In this document: positions 1-9,056 of the stretch, piece after piece
How positions within the stretch are numbered: the first letter of the stretch is position 1
Layout: each line of letters begins with the position of its first letter
Source of the DNA: a virus
Lineage: Duplodnaviria; Caudoviricetes
IMG/VR virus record: IMGVR_UViG_3300005918_000002
Coordinates: 1 to 58,935 of that record
Direction: 5' to 3' (one strand)
Length of the DNA stretch: 58,935 nt
Translations under genes and position numbers: made by a program
Notes under the pieces: generated by a model
What the model saw: the letters and a program-made list of their open reading frames with translations, nothing else
Databases searched by the model: none
What the model was told of the DNA's origin: nothing

Positions 1-90
1 TTACTTTTCTGGGAATTTCAGACAGATATTTCTCGGCAATTCATACAAGAAAATTGATATTACATTTAACTTTGACGTTCCTTATGAAGA
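1..90. repeat. Terminal direct repeat, copy 1 (circular assembly overlap)
   Basis: Bases 1-90 are identical to 58846-58935. Confidence 0.95.
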
Positions 91-328
91 CGTACTTACG
101 AAACTGAATACATTATACGCCTTGACCGATAGCTACGGCCAGCCTGAAATAGTAGAATGTTATTATGAATATGCTATAAATACGGCAACCATGATATACG
201 CACAACTGAAAAGAGATGATTATCTAAAGAATTATGAAAGCGGCCTCACTAAAGACGTACTCGTTAAAATGACTTTTTACGAATCGTATTACACAAGTGG
301 AAATTTATCAATTAAAGAAATAGCATAG
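2..328 (+). CDS. 3' part of a putative tail-associated protein that starts at 58718 and spans the circular junction
   Basis: The frame from ATG 58718 runs without a stop through the repeat and joins the 122..328 ORF in frame. Confidence 0.75.
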   Translation, partial: YFSGNFRQIFLGNSYKKIDITFNFDVPYEDVLTKLNTLYALTDSYGQPEIVECYYEYAINTATMIYAQLKRDDYLKNYESGLTKDVLVKMTFYESYYTSGNLSIKEIA

Positions 329-337
329 GAGTTAATT

Positions 338-607
338 ATGGCGTGGGGTTCAAAAAAAACATTTGAAATGAGGGACGGAACTACCGGGGCTGTTGATACG
401 GCCAGCTATACAGTACAAGCGCAACCGACAAATCAAACATTCCCAACGGGTGCGGTTTCATTAGCTCAAAAAACAGTCGATCAGGAAATCTGGGGATTAG
501 CCGCCGACAGCCTGACAGATGACATACATTACAAAATTTATATTGATACGGTGGAAACAGATACTCTTTGGTTTGCACCTACATCAATACCAGCAACTGG
601 AGGTTAA
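338..607 (+). CDS. Small putative virion/tail protein
   Basis: GGAG RBS; 89 aa; lies between tail genes. Confidence 0.6.
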   Translation: MAWGSKKTFEMRDGTTGAVDTASYTVQAQPTNQTFPTGAVSLAQKTVDQEIWGLAADSLTDDIHYKIYIDTVETDTLWFAPTSIPATGG

Positions 608-608
608 A

Positions 609-3600
609 ATGAAATTTAAAAAATTATTATTAGCATTAATGGTTTCGTCTTTATTAGTCCCGTCTTTTATATTCGGACAGGCTAAATTCTTAAAAAATAC
701 TTACAGTCTTGGATATGCGTTTGCAAACTGGGACGTTGAAAAATTACATCCCACATTTGCCACTGTAGATTCATGCGTGTTTAAAGTCTGGCGGAAACTT
801 GGCGGCGACGAGTGGAATCTTTCCATGTATGATGCACTTGGTATATTAATGTTTAATGTTGATTCGACTGGCAACGCCTCAATGTTGGGGTTTAAACTTG
901 GCACCTCAATTACTGCTAATTATATTTTAACTACAGACGCATCGGGGAACGGTACATGGCAAAGCTCTAACGCTTCAGTTGACTCAGCCTGGAATTCAAT
1001 AACGCTTGGCAACGATGCTGAAAACGTAAGCGGGCAAATTAATTTGATAGCCTCAGATAACAAACAAGGAACAGCTGCGATTAATACGAGTGACCAGTTA
1101 GTTTTTGGCGGTTTTAGTGGAGGCTATACGTTTGACGAAGACATTGCCATGCTTACAGGTAAAACCCTAATTGCCGAAACATTTAAAGCGGTTGACGGTG
1201 ACGGAATAACAATTACAGACGATGGTGATGTTGTTAACGTTAATTTCCTGGATGGTGGAGATTCAGATTTTTCCGGCCAGTACGCCCTCGACCTCCAGAA
1301 CATAACCGACCTCGGTGGCGGTGGTGTGAGTTATAGTTTTGACGGGGTGGATGATAAAATAACTTTTGCTGATGACGATGATTTTGATTTTGGTACAGGG
1401 GATTTTAGTATTGTCATTTCGGGTGTGTCTCCGACAAGTGTATCTGGGACACAATATTTAATTAACAAAGAGGCGGGCGGTGTCGGATATGGATTATATA
1501 TAGACGATGATGATCTATATATAAGATTTGACGATAATAATGCAGATGCTTCGGGCATAATCGGAACGGCAGTATTTACAGCAGACAAGTTGCATGATAT
1601 TGCAGTCACGGTTGATCGGGACGGGGACGCAACGGCATATATTAATGGTGTTTTGGTCGGTACGGTAGACATATCCGGTACAAATTTAACATTGTCTAAC
1701 GCTGGTGATCTACTTATAGGATCGACGACAGCCGGAGCAGATTTCTATGGTGGTCAAATATCATGGTGGGAACCATATAGTTTAGTTTTAACTGCTGCTA
1801 AAGTTGAAGCCATCTACTCCGGTGCGGAAACAGAATATAAGTATGTGGGGGCAAGTCAGACGTTGATAATGGATGAAGATTTATCAGCGGCAACCGATTG
1901 GACCCTGAATGGAACTGCGGCGATAAGTGGCGGAACATTAAATTTGACCGGTGATGGCTCTACTGGTAACTGGGGCATATATGATGACATTTCTCCTGCG
2001 GGTATATTTGGTAAAAGTTATGCCGTTACATATACAATTACTGCCAACACGTTGGTCGGTAATGGCGAGATGGAAACGGGAATTTTATCTGCTGGAGAAA
2101 TAGCACCGTCCCCTACCAGCTTATCAACGGGTGTGGGTACGCATACCACTGTATTCATCTGTGATAGAACAGGAGCAAGAAACAGGTTCGTTTTTAGACT
2201 TGCTGCTGGAAATTCAAGTGGTTCCATATCTATAGACAATGTATCCATTAGGCAAATCGGCAACGTAGCCAAATACAGAGCCAAAGATATGACACCCGGC
2301 ACATGGCACGATGCCAGCGGTAACGGGAACGATGGAACCGTATCAGGTGCAACACTAATCAACGCACAGGAATCCGGGTATTTCAAGCAGCGCATAGAGC
2401 TTGGTAACAGCACTGATTACTATACAGTAGAAATTGCAGACGATGGAGCCGTTACGCATACAACAGTTGACGTAGATGCTGCGGAGGCTCATATTGTTTT
2501 AATGCCTGATGGCAACGTAGGTATTAACGAGACAGCACCAGACAGCACACTTGAAATAGACGGTTCTTTACATGTAACTGGGAATGCAAGGATTGAGGGG
2601 AATTTAACAGCTCAAAGAATTTCAGTAAACAGCGCTTCAGATGTAGCATATATCACAGAAAATATAGATCCAATTATTTATAAATCTTATTTTGGGGGTT
2701 CTTATCCTTTTGATAATGGTGGAAATTTAATAATTCAACCCAGAACTTCCACAGCAAACCCAAGAGATATAGTTTTTGCAACCGGCACAGGAACCCCTTC
2801 TACAAGAGTGGTAATTCTTTCAGGTGGTAACGTGGGCGTTAATGAAACAGCACCAGACAGTACATTAGAAATTAAAGGTTCTTTACATGTAACTGGGAAT
2901 GCATTGGTTGACGGGAAAATAGGTATCGGTTTAGCCCCGACTGTAAACATGCTTGGTATATCGGTTGAGGCTGGACTGCTTACATTGAAAGAAACGACCA
3001 CGCCAACGGCAGATGCCGGTTATGGTAAATTTTATACCAAGACAGATAATGTCCCATATTTTCAGGACGGCGACGGTACTGAACACATCCTAGGAATTGG
3101 CTCATCGGATTACGGCGAAATGGGTAACGTATTCGGATCAAGTGCAACAGAAGCCTTAGGTGATGCCAATTTGCATGCCATGTATCATGCTAATATTACA
3201 GGTGCTTCACCGCATCTTAATAGTGGGTTTACATTTGTAGCTGGTAGTAATGGAATAATTGCCTCGTCTAATCTTGATGTAGGGGGAACGGTAACGTTCA
3301 CGAATATTGCTCACGGTCTTTTGGTCGGCGATATAGTAACATTAAATACAATGAGTAACGCCACATACGACGGTATTTATGAAGTCCAGTCGAAAACAGA
3401 TAACACATTTACAATAAATGAAACCAACACAACAGTAAGCGAAAGTGGAACATGGCAGATGGGAAGTTATTTATTAGTAGCGACAACGGGAACTTATCGA
3501 GGCGCATGGAATGCAAGTTTTTCTCAATCTCTCAATAATACCCAAACATCAATAATTGCCCCGTATGTTGATTTAGTGCAAGGAACAAAAGCGGTAGCTG

Positions 3601-3749
3601 AAAGATTGCTAGCAAATAATTCAGATGTCGGTGCGATTGGTGGAAACGGTTTAATGTATTTCACTGCCGGTAATAGAATTTGGTTTGCCGTTCAATCAAC
3701 GGCGGCACAGACATTAACGTTCGTTGTTAGGAACATTTCAATACATTAA
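609..3749 (+). CDS. Tail fibre/receptor-binding-like protein with LamG (concanavalin A-like) domain and N-terminal signal-peptide-like sequence
   Basis: GGAGG RBS before ATG 609. LamG-like motifs FDGVDD..DFGTGDFSI..HDIAVTVDRDG..AYING; two GNVG(I/V)NETAPDSTLEI repeats; Gly/Thr/Asp-rich. Confidence 0.7.
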   Translation: MKFKKLLLALMVSSLLVPSFIFGQAKFLKNTYSLGYAFANWDVEKLHPTFATVDSCVFKVWRKLGGDEWNLSMYDALGILMFNVDSTGNASMLGFKLGTSITANYILTTDASGNGTWQSSNASVDSAWNSITLGNDAENVSGQINLIASDNKQGTAAINTSDQLVFGGFSGGYTFDEDIAMLTGKTLIAETFKAVDGDGITITDDGDVVNVNFLDGGDSDFSGQYALDLQNITDLGGGGVSYSFDGVDDKITFADDDDFDFGTGDFSIVISGVSPTSVSGTQYLINKEAGGVGYGLYIDDDDLYIRFDDNNADASGIIGTAVFTADKLHDIAVTVDRDGDATAYINGVLVGTVDISGTNLTLSNAGDLLIGSTTAGADFYGGQISWWEPYSLVLTAAKVEAIYSGAETEYKYVGASQTLIMDEDLSAATDWTLNGTAAISGGTLNLTGDGSTGNWGIYDDISPAGIFGKSYAVTYTITANTLVGNGEMETGILSAGEIAPSPTSLSTGVGTHTTVFICDRTGARNRFVFRLAAGNSSGSISIDNVSIRQIGNVAKYRAKDMTPGTWHDASGNGNDGTVSGATLINAQESGYFKQRIELGNSTDYYTVEIADDGAVTHTTVDVDAAEAHIVLMPDGNVGINETAPDSTLEIDGSLHVTGNARIEGNLTAQRISVNSASDVAYITENIDPIIYKSYFGGSYPFDNGGNLIIQPRTSTANPRDIVFATGTGTPSTRVVILSGGNVGVNETAPDSTLEIKGSLHVTGNALVDGKIGIGLAPTVNMLGISVEAGLLTLKETTTPTADAGYGKFYTKTDNVPYFQDGDGTEHILGIGSSDYGEMGNVFGSSATEALGDANLHAMYHANITGASPHLNSGFTFVAGSNGIIASSNLDVGGTVTFTNIAHGLLVGDIVTLNTMSNATYDGIYEVQSKTDNTFTINETNTTVSESGTWQMGSYLLVATTGTYRGAWNASFSQSLNNTQTSIIAPYVDLVQGTKAVAERLLANNSDVGAIGGNGLMYFTAGNRIWFAVQSTAAQTLTFVVRNISIH

Positions 3750-3765
3750 AAATAAAGGAATTATA

Positions 3766-4131
3766 ATGAAAATTTTTAACGGTGGATTAAAGACTGATTT
3801 TAAAGTTAAGGCTGGAACGGGTGGGGTTGTTTTAACGCCGGGATTAAAAACATTTGTCCTTGCTCTTGCTTTAATTGGATCACTTATAAGGGTCGGTGTC
3901 TTTTATTCTCAAACTACCGACACGACTAAAACGGTTGAATCGTTAAAAATAAAAGTTGATACATTACAGATTGAGGCGGCTGTTAATCAGCATGCAATTG
4001 ATAGTAAACTCGCGTTATTAGTTAATCTTATAGATCCCGAAAATGGTAAAAAAGAACTTGATAAAATCGATAAGGCAAAGGAAAAACTTTTAAAGGAATT
4101 AAAAGGTAAGTCAAATGGAAAAATATTATAA
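3766..4131 (+). CDS. Membrane-anchored coiled-coil protein (lysis region)
   Basis: One hydrophobic segment (FVLALALIGSLIRVGVFY) followed by a coiled coil. Confidence 0.45.
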   Translation: MKIFNGGLKTDFKVKAGTGGVVLTPGLKTFVLALALIGSLIRVGVFYSQTTDTTKTVESLKIKVDTLQIEAAVNQHAIDSKLALLVNLIDPENGKKELDKIDKAKEKLLKELKGKSNGKIL

Positions 4132-4516
4132 AGTAAAAACTGTTAAAAGCGGTGATGGAATAATGGTATACGGTGGAGAAATTCACGGGGTGGATTTTCT
4201 TGAAAAGTCCTTAATACTTGCTATTCTTTTTGCGCCGGTTGACGGAGACTTGCCAGAAGAAAATGTAACACAAATAATGGAAACGGAAGATGGGAAAAAA
4301 ATAAATACGCAAGGCATATATTCCGATTCAACAATTAAAATTTTAAAAGTTAATTCACCGGCCAAGGCAATAATGCCGAAACATTCACACCCCGGTAAAG
4401 AATGGCTCCATGTTTTGAAGGGTAAATTTAAAATAAAATATTATAGAGGAAATGACATTTTAGTGTTGACATTGATGATTTTATTAACTATCTTTAAATT
4501 GAATGGAGGGTTTTGA
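4115..4516 (+). CDS. Cupin-motif protein, possibly truncated
   Basis: HSHPGKEWLHVLKG matches cupin motif 1; motif 2 is not evident. Confidence 0.4.
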   Translation: MEKYYKVKTVKSGDGIMVYGGEIHGVDFLEKSLILAILFAPVDGDLPEENVTQIMETEDGKKINTQGIYSDSTIKILKVNSPAKAIMPKHSHPGKEWLHVLKGKFKIKYYRGNDILVLTLMILLTIFKLNGGF

Positions 4517-4687
4517 AATGAGTGAAGAAAGCCAAGCATGTTTAAAAATTCCGACGTACACATGCGCAACTACACCGGTGTGGGCGTGTCTTAAATTAGG
4601 ATACTGTCCTTTATTGGCGTTGCTTACTAAGCACGTTGATGAGATGCTCGAAGAACTAATAAAAAAAGAAGACGATTAATACCGGAA

Positions 4688-4978
4688 TTGTCTTACATAG
4701 GGGATGATATGGATAAGATCAAACATTATTGTTTAATATTAATTGTCTATATAACATTTGAATATTTCTTCAAACAGGGGATTCTTTCTGCGTGCTTAGT
4801 TTCTATTACAATAGAACTGGCACAAGCTGAATATGCGATTCCGTTTAAATCTTTGAAATATCTTAAAGACGATTTGATAATATTTCGTAATGAGTTGTTT
4901 AAACGGGATACCCTTTTTGATCTAATCGCCGACGGCGCGGGACTGTTGGCCGGTATGTTAATAATGAAGGGGTATTGA
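4688..4978 (+). CDS. Small membrane protein
   Basis: Several hydrophobic stretches; DLIADGAG C-terminal motif. Confidence 0.45.
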   Translation: MSYIGDDMDKIKHYCLILIVYITFEYFFKQGILSACLVSITIELAQAEYAIPFKSLKYLKDDLIIFRNELFKRDTLFDLIADGAGLLAGMLIMKGY

Positions 4979-5215
4979 TTAAATGACTTTGAAACAAAGC
5001 AAACAATTAGCAATGTCTCATTTATCATCTCGAATTATGTATTTTGAATCTAAGGGGTGTTTTGAACGGGCAAGACTTATAACAGAAATCAGGGATACAA
5101 TAAGGGATAAAAAAAATACCCAAGAAGAATATGAAATATTAATGAATGTAGGTGATGAGGTTTATATTGGAAAATCGTTTCCGAAAAAATGTCTTATATG
5201 TTATAATGGTGTGGC

Positions 5216-5584
5216 ATGAGATTATCAGAACAGCAAAGTGATTTCATGTGGATGGTTCGCGATTTGCAAAATTTCGCCGAACCACTCTGCAAGGGATTTG
5301 GCGTATATATTAAAGTGACGGATTGGTACAGAACTGTTGAGCAACAGAAAAAGTATGTTGTCGAGGGTGTATCCTGGAAGATGGATTCTAAACATCTGGT
5401 CGGACTGGCCGTTGATTTTGTAGTAATGAAAAAAGGTCAACCCAATTATGACCATGTACTATATAAGTTGATGGGTATTTTCTGGGAAAGCATCGGCGGG
5501 GTTTGGGGTGGCAACTGGAAGAAGCATAAGGACAAACCACATTATGAGTACAATGAAACATTACGTGCCGCCTATAAGGGCTAA
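5216..5584 (+). CDS. Endolysin, peptidase M15 family (L-Ala-D-Glu peptidase-like)
   Basis: YRTVEQQ, SKHLVGLAVD (SxHxxGxAxD), WGGNW and DKPHYE motifs. Confidence 0.85.
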   Translation: MRLSEQQSDFMWMVRDLQNFAEPLCKGFGVYIKVTDWYRTVEQQKKYVVEGVSWKMDSKHLVGLAVDFVVMKKGQPNYDHVLYKLMGIFWESIGGVWGGNWKKHKDKPHYEYNETLRAAYKG

Positions 5585-5600
5585 GAAGCGGCCGGACAGA

Positions 5601-5945
5601 ATGAAAATTGAAGGCTGTGAAGAACTGCCGTATGAAGTAGATGACAGCCTTAAGGTAACATGGTATAACCGGGCATGGTGGTGGCTAAACGGCAAGAAAA
5701 GAATAACCTCTGTCATATTAACGATAGGCGGTAACATTGCATTGCTAACAGGTAACGCTCCTCTCGGAGGTGTATTGTTCGGCGTGGCCTCATTGATTGG
5801 TGGTGTAGCATTGGCGCATGAAGGTAGTAAAAAATTAAACAGCGTGACATCAGGTGATAAGATTAATTGGAATGAAATAATAAAAGTAATTGGTAATTTC
5901 ATAATGAAGTTACTAAGAATAGTGGCAAATAAGCCACAGATATAA
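5601..5945 (+). CDS. Putative holin
   Basis: Two adjacent hydrophobic segments after NGKKR; directly downstream of the endolysin; start codon uncertain. Confidence 0.5.
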   Translation: MKIEGCEELPYEVDDSLKVTWYNRAWWWLNGKKRITSVILTIGGNIALLTGNAPLGGVLFGVASLIGGVALAHEGSKKLNSVTSGDKINWNEIIKVIGNFIMKLLRIVANKPQI

Positions 5946-5960
5946 ACGGAGGAAAGAATC

Positions 5961-6128
5961 ATGGCACTAAAGAATGATGAGATTTTTGAAGTTTTTGGCG
6001 AGTTGCTTCTGGGCGTAGCGGCCGAATTGAGAGAAGACGACGACACCCCGGGAGAGTTGACGAAAAGTGAAATATGGAAACTCATTGAACAGTTTTCACT
6101 TAAGGCAATCAAAGAAATTGTAGACTAA
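5961..6128 (+). CDS. Hypothetical protein, 55 aa (not in ORF track)
   Basis: GGAGG RBS, ATG 5961, TAA 6126-6128. Confidence 0.6.
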   Translation: MALKNDEIFEVFGELLLGVAAELREDDDTPGELTKSEIWKLIEQFSLKAIKEIVD

Positions 6129-6223
6129 GCTGCATTCCCGAAAATAGCGGGCCTCCTCCTCACTAAAGTGGCGAGTCTCCCCCTCGTCGTTTCTTCTGAG
6201 TACCTCGCTATTTCCTCCGAGTA

Positions 6224-6258
6224 CCCCCGGACTGTATATTGTGCCGGGGGGCTTTTTT
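6224..6258 (+). terminator. Rho-independent terminator ending the late/lysis operon
   Basis: CCCCCGG...CCGGGGG stem followed by TTTTTT. Confidence 0.75.
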
Positions 6259-6390
6259 ATATGATCGATCAGACCGATAATTTGATTTTGTTGATCTTTT
6301 TAAAACACGTTACATACACCCTATATAAATACATAGGCCATTTATTTTAAGTGCCTTAAAACGGCTCTATGAGCTTTTTACGTAACCGGT

Positions 6391-6700
6391 TAACTATAAT
6401 AAAAATATAGAGTTACAAGAAAGCCATCCATTTTAAAGCAAAATTGATTCAAATTTATTGACTGCTAACCAGGCTTAATTATACGATTTTACATAACTAT
6501 AATAAAAACAAATAGATAAGGCGTGCAAAATAATGGCTTATAAGCAACGATAATTTTAAAATCAAATCGGTTGTTATTAAATTTTATTAAAAATAATTAA
6601 AATAATAGGTGATCTTTTTTATGTGGCGTAACCTTAATAAAAACAATGTCCAACGAAAAATAGTTTATGTTACGTAATTATAGTAAAAATAAAGACATAG
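6391..6700. repeat. Four ~26-bp imperfect direct repeats in an AT-rich non-coding region
   Basis: TAACTATAATAAAAA-like units at 6391, 6494, 6629 and 6675. Confidence 0.65.
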
Positions 6701-6743
6701 GGCAAATTTATTGTTTTATAATTATTCATTTTAAAAAAAAGAC

Positions 6744-6772
6744 TTGACTTTTAATAAAAATTATTGTATTTT
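6744..6772 (+). promoter_or_regulatory. Sigma70-like promoter
   Basis: TTGACT-N17-TATTTT. Confidence 0.55.
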
Positions 6773-6810
6773 ATTAATAGTTGGGGACAACAACAATAGG
6801 GGAAAACAAA

Positions 6811-7170
6811 ATGGAAGACTATAAAGAAATTGTAAATGCTAAAAAAGAAGAAATTATTAACACATTAAAAAAATGTGAATCAACACCATATATGCCGTTA
6901 AAATTTGATATACCGACAGCCATTGTATGTGTTGTTGGAATTAATAATTTAAAATTTGGTGTAAAGATTTTTAATAGTTATGATATTAAAGACAGTCTTA
7001 AAAATTTATCATTCCGTTATAATGGAATGGATAGGGTATGGGAAAAATCTTTTGATACTATAGACGAAATTGTAGTAGAATTGAAAAAAATAAATTTAAT
7101 TCCAATGCATAATATCCACAAAGAATTATGCGATTTTGGACCATTTGAAGGTCAATACATTTATTCATAA
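6811..7170 (+). CDS. Hypothetical early protein
   Basis: First ORF after the promoter; GGGG RBS; LKNLSFRYNG..VWEK motif. Confidence 0.55.
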   Translation: MEDYKEIVNAKKEEIINTLKKCESTPYMPLKFDIPTAIVCVVGINNLKFGVKIFNSYDIKDSLKNLSFRYNGMDRVWEKSFDTIDEIVVELKKINLIPMHNIHKELCDFGPFEGQYIYS

Positions 7171-7383
7171 AATAGGAAAAATTAAAATGAAAACTATTAT
7201 GGAAAACCATACGAGAATTTTTAGTTTTAGCGCCTCTGGTGGTGAGCGAAAAATTATTGAAAATCTTGAAAAAAGATTATGTAAAGGGATTAATAAAATT
7301 CCATTTTCGCAAGTCATAAGAAAAACTTTGGTTAATCTTCAATTGGAACACGAAGATAATAAATAAATTTAGGGGGAGGCAAA

Positions 7384-7674
7384 ATGAAAAATTTAACAGT
7401 AGTTGGTACTGGCAGTTACGATCATATGCCAGAACCTGCGGTCTATCAAAATTTAACAGGACTAACACTAGAGCAAGCATTAAAAGTTTTGCGAAGTGAA
7501 TCCTGGGGGAACATAGGCGAATTATCCCAAACCGATTTATCAGACGGCACATTTTTAGAGGTTAATTTAACGCCGGCGTCTGATGGTAATAGCAGGTATA
7601 TAAATAGCCAACGGGTTGAACGTTTTAAATATATAGACGGGTTTCCTAAAACTTTACGTAGATATTATATTTGA
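7384..7674 (+). CDS. Hypothetical protein
   Basis: GGAGG RBS; 96 aa. Confidence 0.55.
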   Translation: MKNLTVVGTGSYDHMPEPAVYQNLTGLTLEQALKVLRSESWGNIGELSQTDLSDGTFLEVNLTPASDGNSRYINSQRVERFKYIDGFPKTLRRYYI

Positions 7675-7688
7675 TGGGGAGAAATGAC

Positions 7689-8282
7689 ATGAAGATTAAA
7701 ATTGACATTTTACGTTGGGACACGGGAGAATTAATTTATTCATATGAATGCGAAGAGAACACGATAAAGATAACACTTGAAAGAGGTGTAAATGAAAAGA
7801 TTGATTTTTTCCGGGCGGAACTGAACTGGGCGGAACTGAACGGGGCGAAACTGAACGGGGCGAAACTGAACTGGGCGAAACTGAACGGGGCGGAACTGAA
7901 CGGGGCGAAACTGAACCGGGCGGAACTGAACTGGGCGAAACTGAACGGGGCGGAACTGAACCGGGCGGAACTGAACTGGGCGAAACTGAACGGGGCGGAA
8001 CTGAACTGGGCGGAACTGAACCGGGCGGAACTGAACTGGGCGGAACTGAACTGGGCGGAACTGGATTTTTCTTCATGGGGATTAAGCTGTAACACATTAA
8101 ATACATTGCTTGATCAAAGGCTAATTGTACAACTATTATTTCATGCTGCAAAACCATGTGAAAATAATAAAATAAAAATTGATGCCGATGTAAGGCGATT
8201 ATTCAAGTCGAAAATTTTTATAAAAATATTGCAGAAATTTCACCGCCAAGACGTTAAGGAATATACCGGGAATTTAAAATAA
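7689..8282 (+). CDS. Pentapeptide repeat protein
   Basis: 17 consecutive (W/G/R)A(E/K)LN-type repeats. Confidence 0.9.
   Translation: MKIKIDILRWDTGELIYSYECEENTIKITLERGVNEKIDFFRAELNWAELNGAKLNGAKLNWAKLNGAELNGAKLNRAELNWAKLNGAELNRAELNWAKLNGAELNWAELNRAELNWAELNWAELDFSSWGLSCNTLNTLLDQRLIVQLLFHAAKPCENNKIKIDADVRRLFKSKIFIKILQKFHRQDVKEYTGNLK
7812..8066. repeat. 15-bp tandem repeat, 17 units
   Basis: (t/g/c)GGGCG(g/a)AACTGAAC units encoding the pentapeptides. Confidence 0.95.
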
Positions 8283-8307
8283 CCGTATATTACAGAGGAG
8301 AATTAAA

Positions 8308-8640
8308 ATGAGAGTAATCGAATTAGAAGACATGGGTGACGAGCAGTATAAGGGATTATTGAAAGCTGGCAGAGTGGAGGCCGTCTTTGGATATAGCCAT
8401 AAAAGCGGTAGGATCTTTACACCGACCATTCACTTTCTAAACGTCCATACATTATTTGGATTGCTTGAACCGGCAACTTTAAAAGAGTTTTCGGCAAACA
8501 TTGATGCCGAGGATATGATCATGCAATGCCAGCAGATCCTTAAAACGGATGAGGAGCAGGAAGCGGATGCGGCAGAAGCATTTGAGGATCGCATGGGTGC
8601 AGAGGCAAAGATTCAGGAGGCACATTTTGGAAGCAATTAA
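8308..8640 (+). CDS. Hypothetical protein
   Basis: GAGGAG RBS; acidic C-terminus. Confidence 0.55.
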   Translation: MRVIELEDMGDEQYKGLLKAGRVEAVFGYSHKSGRIFTPTIHFLNVHTLFGLLEPATLKEFSANIDAEDMIMQCQQILKTDEEQEADAAEAFEDRMGAEAKIQEAHFGSN

Positions 8641-9056
8641 ATTCCAGATAATTTCAGCCATGATCGTAGAAAACGATAAAACCCTGATAGTTGTTAAGAT
8701 AAGAATAGGATCAGGCCTTTTAAAGGCGTCCGTTAGGTGTAGTAGCAAGAACCCCTTTTTTACTATCCATAAAATCCATGAGAACAAAACAGGCATTTCG
8801 TGGAAACTGCTTCAACGTTTTAATGAGATACCAGAATCAGAAATTATTGAAAAAGTTTTTGATTTCATGGTTGAACGCGACCGGATTAAAAATTATTATG
8901 TGTCTCATTATAAAACCCGAAAAGTAGGATTAAATAAACCCACCTCCTAGCACTCCGCAAAATCTCCGGTACTAACATAGGCCGGAGATTCCCCCGGTAA
9001 GCTGGTGGATATTTAAAAAAGAGAGGATGTACGGTATGAATATAAAAGGGGATATT

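Noticed and set aside
2511-2903. Repeat pair in the fibre gene as a DGR template/variable repeat
   Set aside because: No reverse transcriptase in the genome; the differences are mostly synonymous and not adenine-specific; ordinary fibre repeat.
7696-8157. Minus-strand repetitive ORFs, and long antisense ORFs elsewhere such as 52329..53498
   Set aside because: Shadows of + strand genes; no RBS or motif support.
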